This document shows, piece by piece, positions 31,049 to 40,462 of a stretch of 62,045 bases of DNA. How positions within the stretch are numbered: position 1 is the first letter of the stretch; every line of letters starts with the position of its first letter. This stretch comes from Chloroflexota bacterium (GTDB lineage Bacteria > Chloroflexota > Dehalococcoidia > Lucifugimonadales > JADFKI01): positions 1-62,045 of the forward strand of contig JAQBUT010000023.1 of NCBI GenBank assembly GCA_027623195.1. Direction: 5' to 3'. The translations under genes and the position numbers were made by a program. The notes below the pieces were generated by a model. The model was not told the origin of the DNA and ran no database searches. It was given only the letters and a program-made list of their open reading frames with translations.

Positions 31049-32353
31049 TTACCAGAAGCGAAGTCTGCGAAATGCCGGTAGGCCCAGCATGAGCAGCATG
31101 CCTAGCTCCACGCGCATCGGGCCCGACCTTGAGGGCGCTGAACAGGCGCCACCGGAAGGCTGTGCCGGGGTCCCGGTGACCACCACTATGTTGGGCGTAG
31201 CGCTTGGGACCTGCCCTGCCACCACCACGGCCGTGTGGGTGGCTTCCGGTTCCACTTCTGTTGCGGTCGACACTATTGGAGCGGGCGTATGTGTCGCTGC
31301 GGTCGCCGTCAGGACATTCCCAGTTGGGGGACGCTGTGTTGGCGTTGCTGCATCGTTGCTCTGCGGCACAGGAGTCGGGGTCGGCGAAGACGTTAGAGTT
31401 GGAGCGGTCGTCGGGGTATTGCGAGGCGTCGCCGTCACCACGATGAATACGATATGTGGTGTAGCCGTGCGTGTTGGCCTGGAAGTGCGTGTCGGAGATA
31501 CGTCGACAGGCTGAGTGAATGCGTCAGGAGTCGGTGAAGGTGTTGCCGTCTGAACTATGGCGGCCGGTGGCAGAGGGGTGACCGTCACCGCGATCTCGAC
31601 GTATATAGGCGTAGGCGTTAATGTGGGCGTCGCCGTAGAGGTGGCGGTTGGCGTTGCCGTTCGGGTACGTGTAGCCGTCCTGGTGGGCGCGACGGTTACC
31701 TGTGGTGCGGCGCCAACAGTTGTGGCAGTTGGGCTTGGGGTAGACGTACGCGTCGCGGTGCGAGTGGGTGTCGACGTTCGGGTTGGAGTCGGCGTGGGCG
31801 TGTCGCCGAAGGTCAACACTATCGGAGTCGGTGTGGTCCTGACCGATAGCCCGATGGGTGTCGGGGTCGACCTGTTGAAAGTGTTAGGTGTCGCAGTTTG
31901 TAAAAGGGGAAAAGAGGAAAGCGGCGCGTCTGGTGAGGCATCGCCTACGCCAACCCTCTCCTGGATAAAGATGTTTACAGGCGGTGGAATGATGTCCGTA
32001 ACGCTGACGGATTCTTGAATTAATAAAGATGACATCAGCACGGCGTCGTCCACGCTGACAGTCTCGTCCACGTTGACGAAGACCAGAAGCGGGATCTGTA
32101 CCTGAAAAAGCGCTGGTGTTGGTGTACTCGTAGGCAATAATCGAAAGATAGGAATAGGTGTTGGCGTGGGAGTGGTCCTTATTTTTATCCCCGCCGTAGG
32201 AGTTGCTGTAACTCTAACCTGGCCCTCGCCTCCTAGCTGGGACCGCAGGCCTTCTTCGCTGCTGAAGGACGCCGCGAAAGCGACACCCGCGCTTGCCAAT
32301 GTTATGGCAGCGACAAGAGCTATGAGGGCTAGTGTTCTCGCCTTAGCGGTCAA
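31049..32353 (-). CDS. Secreted Thr/Pro-rich surface protein with a C-terminal Cys-motif/TM/basic tail
   Basis: Signal peptide ending AFA, many TPTPT repeats, tail SGGACSAP...[18 protein letters not shown]. Confidence 0.75.
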   Translation of the reverse strand: MTAKARTLALIALVAAITLASAGVAFAASFSSEEGLRSQLGGEGQVRVTATPTAGIKIRTTPTPTPIPIFRLLPTSTPTPALFQVQIPLLVFVNVDETVSVDDAVLMSSLLIQESVSVTDIIPPPVNIFIQERVGVGDASPDAPLSSFPLLQTATPNTFNRSTPTPIGLSVRTTPTPIVLTFGDTPTPTPTRTSTPTRTATRTSTPSPTATTVGAAPQVTVAPTRTATRTRTATPTATSTATPTLTPTPIYVEIAVTVTPLPPAAIVQTATPSPTPDAFTQPVDVSPTRTSRPTRTATPHIVFIVVTATPRNTPTTAPTLTSSPTPTPVPQSNDAATPTQRPPTGNVLTATAATHTPAPIVSTATEVEPEATHTAVVVAGQVPSATPNIVVVTGTPAQPSGGACSAPSRSGPMRVELGMLLMLGLPAFRRLRFW

Positions 32354-32365
32354 AGAAAGAGTTAC

Positions 32366-33112
32366 CTATTCGAAGCTGATTTCAACCGTGGCTGAAATGC
32401 TCTGGCCTTCAGAGACAACGATGGCTGTTGGAAGGGTGGTATTGGTTACCTCAGTTCCGGCGCTTCCTGCACAGCCGTCAGGAAAGCTCACTCCTTCGGC
32501 GCAAGGCTGGCCGCTATGCCGGGTTTTAACGCCATTAATCTGACCATCCCGTTGGGCTGTTATGGAACCGCTCAGGCGCAGGATGCCGTCTGTAGTCGTC
32601 GTAACTACCAGATTGTTTGATGTAAACGAGGCCACCGTGCCTTGAGGCTCGTAAATGATACAGGAGGTAGCTTCGTTGGAACTACTAAGGCAGGGGCTAT
32701 TGGAAAGGGTGCTGTGCCTCAGGTCTATTCCCCAGTAACGCGGAACCATCCGCCGCCCAATAATTTCGGCGATACGTCGAGCACCCGTGCCAAGGAGGGC
32801 GTTCTCGAATTCGTTGTGGCTAACCAGAGTGCCGTCCGCTTCGTGGACATCAATCGTCCAATCGCCGTGCACCTTGATGCCCTCGCCGAAGCCATCAGAA
32901 GCGCCAGCCTTTGATCCGTGCTCCACATCCGCCGGGCTAATTGTGGAATCCTGAACAACCTCAGCAACAGGCTGACTTATGGGAACAGTCTGAACTGGCA
33001 ACGTCGACGCGGCACTCGACCCCCTGTCTATGGAGGCGTAGACCACCGCCAGCGTAAGTATGACGCCAAGAGCGAAGGCACCGGCAACGAGATAGAGACG
33101 CACCTTATCCAT
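32366..33112 (-). CDS. Hypothetical membrane-anchored or secreted beta-rich protein
   Basis: GGAG RBS, N-terminal TM, two close Cys pairs; 12-nt gap to the downstream surface-protein gene. Confidence 0.7.
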   Translation of the reverse strand: MDKVRLYLVAGAFALGVILTLAVVYASIDRGSSAASTLPVQTVPISQPVAEVVQDSTISPADVEHGSKAGASDGFGEGIKVHGDWTIDVHEADGTLVSHNEFENALLGTGARRIAEIIGRRMVPRYWGIDLRHSTLSNSPCLSSSNEATSCIIYEPQGTVASFTSNNLVVTTTTDGILRLSGSITAQRDGQINGVKTRHSGQPCAEGVSFPDGCAGSAGTEVTNTTLPTAIVVSEGQSISATVEISFE

Positions 33113-33428
33113 GTTCAACTCCAAGATGAGATAGCTTTCTTATTAACTATTGAGCGACTACGCTAATGCACCCGATGGAGGACGCCACCCATATTCGCCT
33201 GCTGTCCCCGGGCAGCACGGACTATAAGACTCTTCGTTAACACTGTCAAACGCGGGCTAAAGTGTTCCATCGCACTTGAGGGCGCCGTCTGGCTACTTCA
33301 AACCGCCGAGAATGAAGCGACATAGTTGGGCCTACAGCCTGTCCGAGGGTCTAAGCCGATAGTTTTGTATTGAAATTCTGAAAGGACTAAATCGGGAGGT
33401 CTGGCCGTATATCAAAATATCCAACAAA

Positions 33429-33502
33429 TGGCTGCCCGGCCAGGATTCGAACCTGGGTCAAAGGATTCAAAGTCCTTTGTGCTACCGCTACACTACCGGG
33501 CA
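33429..33502 (-). tRNA. tRNA-Gln(UUG)
   Basis: Reverse complement TGCCCGG...AAGGA-CTTTGAA-TCCTT...GGTTCGAATCC...CCGGGCAGCCA. Confidence 0.96.
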
Positions 33503-33526
33503 GTGAAATGGGGGGATGGGTTACGT

Positions 33527-33805
33527 CTATTGGCGCAAGCGACGCAGGTCCTCTTTGCCAGCCTGGATCTTCTTCCGAAGCTGTGGGATGTTTACGCCCC
33601 AGCCGATGCCGAAGGGGCGGGGAGTGAATACCCTCGGGTCCTCAGGGTTCCAGAAGCTAAGCTTAACGCGCGACCACGTCGGCATGCGGAAGTCGAATGG
33701 CACGCCAAGGAACGTCCCGTGGGACTGCTTCGTCTTGTACGCATAGACAACCGTTGAAGCGGCAAATAGCGCCGGTATGATTTTCCAGCCTGTCGACTTG
33801 CTCAT
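33527..33805 (-). CDS. DUF5808-like small protein
   Basis: FWNPEDPRVFTPRPFGIGWGVN motif; likely start MSKSTGW. Confidence 0.75.
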   Translation of the reverse strand: MSKSTGWKIIPALFAASTVVYAYKTKQSHGTFLGVPFDFRMPTWSRVKLSFWNPEDPRVFTPRPFGIGWGVNIPQLRKKIQAGKEDLRRLRQ

Positions 33806-34073
33806 CAGAAACCTTCGTATCGTTTCCCCGTGACGCGCACCGTGATGTGCGCCCTGACATCTAATATACCTCAACTGCCGTACTCACACTAGAGGATGTG
33901 GTGTCTTTGTTTAGCATTCGAGGCACTCGTTTTCATATGGGCTAATGGTGGTTGAAGGAAACGTCGACTATACTGTGTGCATCCACAAACCCTCTTTTAG
34001 GGGTGAAGTCTATTCGAAAAATACGACGGTCTGCCTCTCACCGACCAGGCCGTCTGCAATAGCGAGGTTGTAA

Positions 34074-35033
34074 TTGACGGAGGCAGCAGCCGTTGGGCAG
34101 ATACAGGAGGTGGCGGCGAGGATACGCCAGGGCGTCCAGCGCGTCATCGTGGGCAAGGACGACGTAATAAACCTGGCGATAGTGGCCCTGCTTTGTCGCG
34201 GCCACATCCTGGTGGAGGACGTCCCCGGCATCGGCAAGACTACCATGGCCAAGGCTATGGCACAGTCACTTGGGTGCACCTTCAAGCGTATCCAGTTCAC
34301 CCCGGACCTCATGCCCACCGATGTGCTGGGCGTCAACTTCTACAACCAGAAGTCCGGCGATTTCCAGTTCCGCGAAGGCCCCATCTTTAGTCAGGTGCTA
34401 CTGGCCGACGAGATAAATCGTGCTACACCTCGAACGCAGTCGGCGCTACTCGAGGCAATGCAGGAGCGACAGGCCACTGTGGACGGGGAAACTCGACCTT
34501 TGCCGGACCCCTTTCTGGTGATGGCGACGCAGAACCCTATCGAGATGGAAGGCACGTTTCCGCTTCCCGAGGCCCAGTTGGACCGCTTCATGGTGCGTAT
34601 CAAGCTAGGTTACCCTTCGCCTGAGGAGGAGTCGGGGATTCTTCTAAGGTTCGAGAGGGACACGGTGGTGCAGGCTGTCGATGCCGTGACTGACGGCGAT
34701 GAGTTGGGCCGTATGCAGCAGCTAGTGACAGAGGTGCGGGTGGACGATTCTGTGCGTGAGTACATCGTCGCCATTGCCCAGACCTCGCGGGAGAACCAGG
34801 GCTTGATGCTGGGCGCGAGCCCCAGGGCTTCCCTGGCGATGTACAAGACGGCGCAGGCTACTGCCGCCATCGACGGCCGCGACTTCGTAACGCCGGACGA
34901 TGTTAAGGCAATTGCCCCACATGTGCTGCCACATCGAATGGTGCTCACCTCCAACTCAAGACTGCGAGGACGCAGCGTCGAGAACGTGGTGCGCGAGATA
35001 ATGGCGGCAGTGCCTGTCCCTATCGAAAGATAG
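34074..35033 (+). CDS. moxR: MoxR family AAA+ ATPase
   Basis: EDVPGIGKT, RIQFTPDLMP, DEINRATPRTQSALLEAM, ATQNPIE, LPEAQLDRF. Confidence 0.95.
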   Translation: MTEAAAVGQIQEVAARIRQGVQRVIVGKDDVINLAIVALLCRGHILVEDVPGIGKTTMAKAMAQSLGCTFKRIQFTPDLMPTDVLGVNFYNQKSGDFQFREGPIFSQVLLADEINRATPRTQSALLEAMQERQATVDGETRPLPDPFLVMATQNPIEMEGTFPLPEAQLDRFMVRIKLGYPSPEEESGILLRFERDTVVQAVDAVTDGDELGRMQQLVTEVRVDDSVREYIVAIAQTSRENQGLMLGASPRASLAMYKTAQATAAIDGRDFVTPDDVKAIAPHVLPHRMVLTSNSRLRGRSVENVVREIMAAVPVPIER

Positions 35034-35039
35034 GTCCCC

Positions 35040-36275
35040 ATGCTTAATCAGCTCTGGCACGACCTCTGGATTCTGGTCTTCGTTATCCTTATCCTCATCG
35101 GCCTATTCTCCGGGCAAGGAATGGTCATAGGCTTCAGCGCCATGGGTCTGTTGGTGGCTGGCATATCCTGGATGTGGAACAAAGTGTCTCTGCAAGAGGT
35201 CACCTACGAGCGGGAGCTTTCCCAGCAGAGGGTTTTCATCGGCGAAGAGGTAACGATGAAGATCAGCCTGACTAACAAGAAACCTATCCCTCTGGGTAAG
35301 GTCCGCGCCGAGGACGAAATGCCCAAGTCCGTGACTATAGCCGAGGCAGACGTGGTTAGTAGCTACAGTCCGGAGTCCCAGACAATGCGCCATTCAGCCT
35401 CCATGGGGCTGTACGAGCGCATACGGTGGGAGTACAAGTTGACGTGCTCCAGGCGGGGGTTCTTTCGGCTTGGTCCGGTGCGACTGGATAGCGGCGATCT
35501 TTTCGGCCTTTTCAGCAGTCGAGAAGAAATTCGTGGAGATGATTACATTCTCGTCTATCCCAAGGTTGTGCCGCTGCCTCAGCTTGGCCTGCCATTCGGG
35601 CGGCCCCTGGGCGAGAGCAGAGATGGCATTCGCATCTACGAGGACACGTCGCGTCCCATGGGCCTGCGCGATTACCAGCTTGGCGATCCTCTGAAGATCG
35701 TGGACTGGAAGGCGACGGCCCGGATGCAACAGCTACAGGTCCGGACCTTCGAGCCAAGCTCCACAATGACGTTGATCCTCGTTGTTGCCGTGGACACCAC
35801 AGCGCACTACTGGGAAGGCTACTCGTCGGTGTACCTGGAACGGGTAATTACCGCTGCCGCTTCCATTGCCAGCTACGCCAGCGAGCAGCAATACAGCATG
35901 GGCCTTTTCTCCAACGGCACGCCGGTGTTGGCGGATAGGCCAATGCGTGTACCCCCTAGCCGCTCTCCGGAACAACTCTCGGTCATTCTGGAGGCGCTGG
36001 CAACGGTTAGACCTATCGCTATTGGCCCCATGGACGCGCAACTGGGTGAAAACTGGCAACAGTTCCCACTTGGAGCGACTATGGTTGTGGTTAGCGGTTA
36101 TTTCAGCGTGGAGATGGCTGATGTTCTACGCCGGGCCAAAGCCAGCGGGTATCGAATAGTGGTGATTTTCGTTGGCGATGAGGAGTGTCCTCAACTGGCA
36201 GATGGCATCGTCGTGCACCAGCTAAATGAGCATTTTGCCATGATGGAGTTAGAGAATGAGTTCGCTCCAAGGTAG
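35040..36275 (+). CDS. DUF58 domain protein
   Basis: RRG, DLFG, LVYP, LRDYQLGD.LK.VDWKATAR; typical MoxR partner. Confidence 0.9.
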   Translation: MLNQLWHDLWILVFVILILIGLFSGQGMVIGFSAMGLLVAGISWMWNKVSLQEVTYERELSQQRVFIGEEVTMKISLTNKKPIPLGKVRAEDEMPKSVTIAEADVVSSYSPESQTMRHSASMGLYERIRWEYKLTCSRRGFFRLGPVRLDSGDLFGLFSSREEIRGDDYILVYPKVVPLPQLGLPFGRPLGESRDGIRIYEDTSRPMGLRDYQLGDPLKIVDWKATARMQQLQVRTFEPSSTMTLILVVAVDTTAHYWEGYSSVYLERVITAAASIASYASEQQYSMGLFSNGTPVLADRPMRVPPSRSPEQLSVILEALATVRPIAIGPMDAQLGENWQQFPLGATMVVVSGYFSVEMADVLRRAKASGYRIVVIFVGDEECPQLADGIVVHQLNEHFAMMELENEFAPR

Positions 36276-37680
36276 GTTTGTGCTGCTGGCGCTGCTGTTA
36301 GAGGAGGCGTCGTGGCTTTTCGCCGCCTTTGGCATACTGGGAGTCATCCTGGACGGCGGCGGGAGTCCGTTGGGTTGGGTCGCGGTGCTGGCGGTGTCCA
36401 GTGCCTCGCTGCTGGTGGTGCGCTTCCTTCAGTACTTGCTGTTACCTTCATTGCCCGCGCAAGTCGTTCAGATGCTAACCGGGGTAGTGGTGGTGCACAT
36501 GGTCGTCGGCACCCAGGTGGGGCCGACCTTTCAGGGCGTGGACATGGGGTGGCTGGGCGTCTTGTTCTCCGGAGAAGGGACAACAGAGTACATCTTTCGG
36601 GCGATCATTGGCAGCTTTGCCGGCGCTTGTCTCTGGTGGCGCGGCGGTCACCTGGCGGCATTGGAGTTCCCAGAGGAGAGCCTGACCGGCAGTTTCAAAG
36701 TAGGCATCATGGTTCTTGCCGTCGCCACCGTGATCGATATAGCGTACTCCAGCGACCTTCACATCTATCCAGTGATGTTCATCTTTTTTGCGTCCAGCAT
36801 TGCCGGCATGAGCATCGCGCATCTGGCTCCGGCATCGTCGCGGGCGGCAGGGGACCGTGCCTGGACGCGCATCATCGGCATTGTAGTCGGGACAGTGCTG
36901 GTCATGGGCCTGCTGTTCAGCCTGTTGCAGGGCACAGTGTTGTCGGCTATCGCGTCCCCCATAATTTGGGTGCTGAACATGATTGCCACCGTGATATTTT
37001 TCGTCATCATCATGCCACTGGCTTACCTGGTCGACCTTATATCTCGTTGGCTGTTTAGATTCGTGCAGAGCTTCGCAGAGCCTCAACAACAAGGCGCGGC
37101 GTTAAGCAGCCCGTTTGGGATTGCAGATGAACTGCGGACTCTCAGGGAGGGTGGCGCCGAAGAACCCGTCGCCGAGCTTTTGTTGCAGTTCTTGCAGTGG
37201 TCCATCGTGGTGGCCATTGTCATAGGGGTGCTGTTCTTGCTGGCGCGGGCATACCGCAGGCGGTCCGATTCCCGGCAGCGCACCGACGACGGCAGGCGGG
37301 ACTCGGTGAGGGAGCAGGCTGACGCGGTGAATGATTTGGCCAAACTCCTGCTGGGGCTTCTTCCTTCCCGTCTGCGCAGGTCAAAAAAGTCGCTGCCGTT
37401 TCGAGTTCCGAATGACGAGCCCAACATCGTGGAAGTGTTTCGCATCTATTTTGGCATGCTGGTCAAAGCTGAAGAGAGTGGGCTTACCCGTCCGCCTAGT
37501 GCCACGCCCAATGAATACAGGCGAAAGTTAGAAGGTGTGCTGTCTCCCAATCTGGTGCGAAGGGCAACGGCGGCATTCGTGCGCGCCTGTTACGGTCACC
37601 ATCCGTCGTCACGCCAAGACATAGACGAGATGCGTGAAGAGCTAGAGCAGGAGAGTTCTAGGATTAGCAAATCGAAATGA
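36256..37680 (+). CDS. Multi-pass membrane protein with a C-terminal DUF4129 domain
   Basis: Many TM segments; RPPSATPNEY...FVRACYG C-terminal motif; overlaps the DUF58 stop. Confidence 0.8.
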   Translation: MSSLQGRFVLLALLLEEASWLFAAFGILGVILDGGGSPLGWVAVLAVSSASLLVVRFLQYLLLPSLPAQVVQMLTGVVVVHMVVGTQVGPTFQGVDMGWLGVLFSGEGTTEYIFRAIIGSFAGACLWWRGGHLAALEFPEESLTGSFKVGIMVLAVATVIDIAYSSDLHIYPVMFIFFASSIAGMSIAHLAPASSRAAGDRAWTRIIGIVVGTVLVMGLLFSLLQGTVLSAIASPIIWVLNMIATVIFFVIIMPLAYLVDLISRWLFRFVQSFAEPQQQGAALSSPFGIADELRTLREGGAEEPVAELLLQFLQWSIVVAIVIGVLFLLARAYRRRSDSRQRTDDGRRDSVREQADAVNDLAKLLLGLLPSRLRRSKKSLPFRVPNDEPNIVEVFRIYFGMLVKAEESGLTRPPSATPNEYRRKLEGVLSPNLVRRATAAFVRACYGHHPSSRQDIDEMREELEQESSRISKSK

Positions 37681-37682
37681 AA

Positions 37683-38066
37683 TTACAGCGCACGTCCCGC
37701 AGCTATGCCGAGGAAAGCCGCCGCCAGGCCGATAACCAGGCTAGCGACGATGTTGACCGTCGCGCGACTCCATTCGCCGCTGCCAGCCAGTTGTAGGCTA
37801 GCGACTGTGAGGGTCGAGAAGGTCGTGTAGGAGCCCAGGAAGCCCACCGCTACCAGCACTCGCAGCTCCGGGGACCAGCCGAACCGCTCGTCGGATAATG
37901 TTAGGAAGAGGCCCAGCAGGAACGAGCCTGTGATGTTGACGGCGAAAGTCCCAATCACCGTAGGCCCCATGAAGCTAACCATCACCCTGTCTATGCCGTA
38001 GCGGGAAACCGCGCCCAACGCTCCGCCCAGTGCCACCAAAACCCACGGCGTCAGCCCGAGTATCAT
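37683..38066 (-). CDS. crcB: Fluoride channel FluC/CrcB
   Basis: GGALGAVSRY, GTFAVNITGSF, GFLGSYTTFST. Confidence 0.93.
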   Translation of the reverse strand: MILGLTPWVLVALGGALGAVSRYGIDRVMVSFMGPTVIGTFAVNITGSFLLGLFLTLSDERFGWSPELRVLVAVGFLGSYTTFSTLTVASLQLAGSGEWSRATVNIVASLVIGLAAAFLGIAAGRAL

Positions 38067-38076
38067 AGCGTTCGTC

Positions 38077-39261
38077 CTAGCCGCGCGGGAGGCCGAGGCC
38101 CCGGAATGCGATGATGTTGCGCTGAATCTCCGACGTGCCTGCTCTTAGGGTTAGCGAGTAGGAGTTCATCCATTGGGCTGCCAGGCGGCCCTGCAGGTAG
38201 GCCCACTTGGAGCCCTTGTCCAGCGTGCCGTACATGCCTAGCATCTTCATTCCCAGATCGCTGATCTTCTGGTTGATCTCGCTGCCCACCAGCTTGGCGA
38301 CCGACGCCTCCTTGTTTGGCACCAGCCCCTGGCTCTGCATCCAGGCGACCTGGTACGCCACCAGCTTACCCGCTTCGTTGCTCGTCCACAGGTTGGCGAG
38401 GCTTCTGCGGAACTTTGGATCGTCGTTCATGGACTTGCCGTTCAGCTTGATCTCACGCGAAAGGCTGATTAGCTCTTCCAAATCTCTGCGGTTTCCAGCG
38501 TATCGTCCGACGCCCGACCTCTCGAAGTCCAGCGTCGTGGCGGCGACGTACCAGCCCCGGTTCATCTCGCCAATCATGTTTTGCTTGGGCACCCGCACGT
38601 CCTCGAAGAAGACCTGGTTGAAGTAGTGGACGTTGTGCATGTTGATGATGGGCCGTACGTCGATGCCCGGCGTGTCCATGTCCACGATGAACATACTGAT
38701 GCCGCGATGCTTGGGCGCGTCTGGCTCGGTGCGCGCCATGATGTAACAGCGGTTAGCCTTGTGCGCGCCGCTGGTCCAGACCTTGGAGCCATTCAGCACG
38801 AAGTCGTCGCCGTCCTCAACAGCCTGCAACTGCAGTGAAGCGAGGTCAGACCCAGACTCAGGCTCGCTGAAGCCCTGGCAGTACACGGCAGAGCCGTCGG
38901 CGATCTCAGAGAGGTACTTGTCCTTCTGCTCGTCGGTGCCGTACATCATGATGGAGGGGCCGACCATGTGCGTGCCCATGCTGGTGTCCCGCATAGGCGC
39001 ACGGAAGTAGGCTGTCTCCTCGTTGTAAATCATCTGCTCGATGTGGGGACGGCCCTGGCCGCCGTACTCTTTGGGCCACGCCAGCGTCAGCCAGCCCTTG
39101 TCCACCAGCTTGCCGGTGAGGCCGCGAATCAGCGCCCAGTTCTCGTCGGTGAAGTAATCGTCAGGCACCACCCCCTGCCAATCATCGCCCAGGTTCTCAG
39201 CGAGGAAAGCCCTGACATCGCCACGGAAGTTTTGCTGCTCTTCTGTAAATCTAAAGTCCAT
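38077..39261 (-). CDS. Acyl-CoA dehydrogenase family protein
   Basis: WPKEYGG, CQGFSEPESGSDLASL, NGSKVWTS, AGTSEIQRNII. Confidence 0.93.
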   Translation of the reverse strand: MDFRFTEEQQNFRGDVRAFLAENLGDDWQGVVPDDYFTDENWALIRGLTGKLVDKGWLTLAWPKEYGGQGRPHIEQMIYNEETAYFRAPMRDTSMGTHMVGPSIMMYGTDEQKDKYLSEIADGSAVYCQGFSEPESGSDLASLQLQAVEDGDDFVLNGSKVWTSGAHKANRCYIMARTEPDAPKHRGISMFIVDMDTPGIDVRPIINMHNVHYFNQVFFEDVRVPKQNMIGEMNRGWYVAATTLDFERSGVGRYAGNRRDLEELISLSREIKLNGKSMNDDPKFRRSLANLWTSNEAGKLVAYQVAWMQSQGLVPNKEASVAKLVGSEINQKISDLGMKMLGMYGTLDKGSKWAYLQGRLAAQWMNSYSLTLRAGTSEIQRNIIAFRGLGLPRG

Positions 39262-39272
39262 GAAATCTCAAT

Positions 39273-40394
39273 TCAAAAGAAAGCGTTCGTAACTCTGTCA
39301 GTTACTCTCCATGTCCCGACACCTATAGAACCAGATAGTAAATCAGCCGCTGGTATCGAACCGAACTGATTAATAGCTTCATTGAATCGACCAACGAGAT
39401 GGCCTTGCTCATCGTCGCTCAAATTCTCCCACCATTCTGGACTCCACATTATGTTTTCGCAAACTGAAAAGAAGAATTTAACGAGTAGCTCTGGCAAGGA
39501 TTCTGAAGGAATCCTGTTCAAGCTTCGGATGAATTCTATACAAGTCTTATCACTTGACCTGTCCCATGAGAACACAACCGCACCGCCGTAATGTGTCGCG
39601 ATTGAGGTGTAACTCAAAAAATCAAATTCAGCGTCGATGTCTCGCATATTCGGCAGCGACTCCCCGTCCCATTTAAATTGGGGGAATATGCCGCCGCTAC
39701 ACATTATCGGAGGGGTTTCATTTAGCTTGATTAAATAATACCTTGAGGATGAAAAATCTGATATTTTCAACAGATCATCGTATATTAATTTATGTCGATT
39801 TATCTCCGCCAATCCTTTTGCACTTCCCCACGATATTAAATCCCAAATGTCATTTTTGGATAATTCAGGAAACTTTTCACTTTCCTTCACGCTACCTGCC
39901 GTAATTGAAGCCGCATTCTTAGTGTATTGTTCTCTTGCTGCGGCCCTATAGGCCAGTAGGAAGCATTGATGACGGGTGGCGGAAAAAACCTGGTCTTCTA
40001 ACGCTGAGAAAATCTTATTGTCATGATAGCTGCAAAACCCGGTAAACGTTGATGCGAGATTTACACCAATTAAGGTGGGTACGACTTGCCCTTGGTTTCG
40101 CTGCATTTCGTCGAGTCCGCCTTTAAAACCATAGACATGTCCGTCTCGGGCCAACTTACGTAGACTCGAACTCTTGGGGACAGTATGAGCTTTGATGATA
40201 TTGCCGGAGCAATCTGATTCCCAATTTTGTGGTGCCTGGCAGTGTTTGGATTCAAATGGCTTTAGTCGTTCACGCCACCTCTCGTGCGGAGACTTTGATT
40301 TGCTCTCCGCATCGGGCATGTGGCATCTCTTGTACTTCTTACCGGATCCGCACCAACATGCATGGTTTTTTCCCAGATTTTCGTTTTCGTTCAT
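39273..40394 (-). CDS. SEC-C motif protein, AT-rich
   Basis: GKNHACWCGSGKKYKRCH (SEC-C), then AHTVP and STFTGFCSYHD; visibly lower GC than its flanks. Confidence 0.8.
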   Translation of the reverse strand: MNENENLGKNHACWCGSGKKYKRCHMPDAESKSKSPHERWRERLKPFESKHCQAPQNWESDCSGNIIKAHTVPKSSSLRKLARDGHVYGFKGGLDEMQRNQGQVVPTLIGVNLASTFTGFCSYHDNKIFSALEDQVFSATRHQCFLLAYRAAAREQYTKNAASITAGSVKESEKFPELSKNDIWDLISWGSAKGLAEINRHKLIYDDLLKISDFSSSRYYLIKLNETPPIMCSGGIFPQFKWDGESLPNMRDIDAEFDFLSYTSIATHYGGAVVFSWDRSSDKTCIEFIRSLNRIPSESLPELLVKFFFSVCENIMWSPEWWENLSDDEQGHLVGRFNEAINQFGSIPAADLLSGSIGVGTWRVTDRVTNAFF

Positions 40395-40462
40395 GATTTT
40401 GGCAACTGAGTCTATTTGGTGCTTGCGTCACGTCTCGTATTGCACATTTGGGTGGTTGATAT

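Noticed and set aside
31200..32220. CRISPR or tandem DNA repeat array
   Set aside because: The periodicity comes from Thr-Pro codons in a coding sequence; there are no identical repeats separated by spacers.
33170..33240. Fluoride-riboswitch-like string (GATGGAG..CGCC..GACTC)
   Set aside because: The 5' pairing strand is missing, it points away from the adjacent gene, and it is far from crcB.
31049..33502. Integrative island at the 3' end of tRNA-Gln (or at tRNA-Lys)
   Set aside because: No integrase and no duplicated tRNA 3' end was seen.
33428..33757. 109-aa plus-strand ORF
   Set aside because: It overlaps tRNA-Gln and the DUF5808-like gene on the opposite strand.
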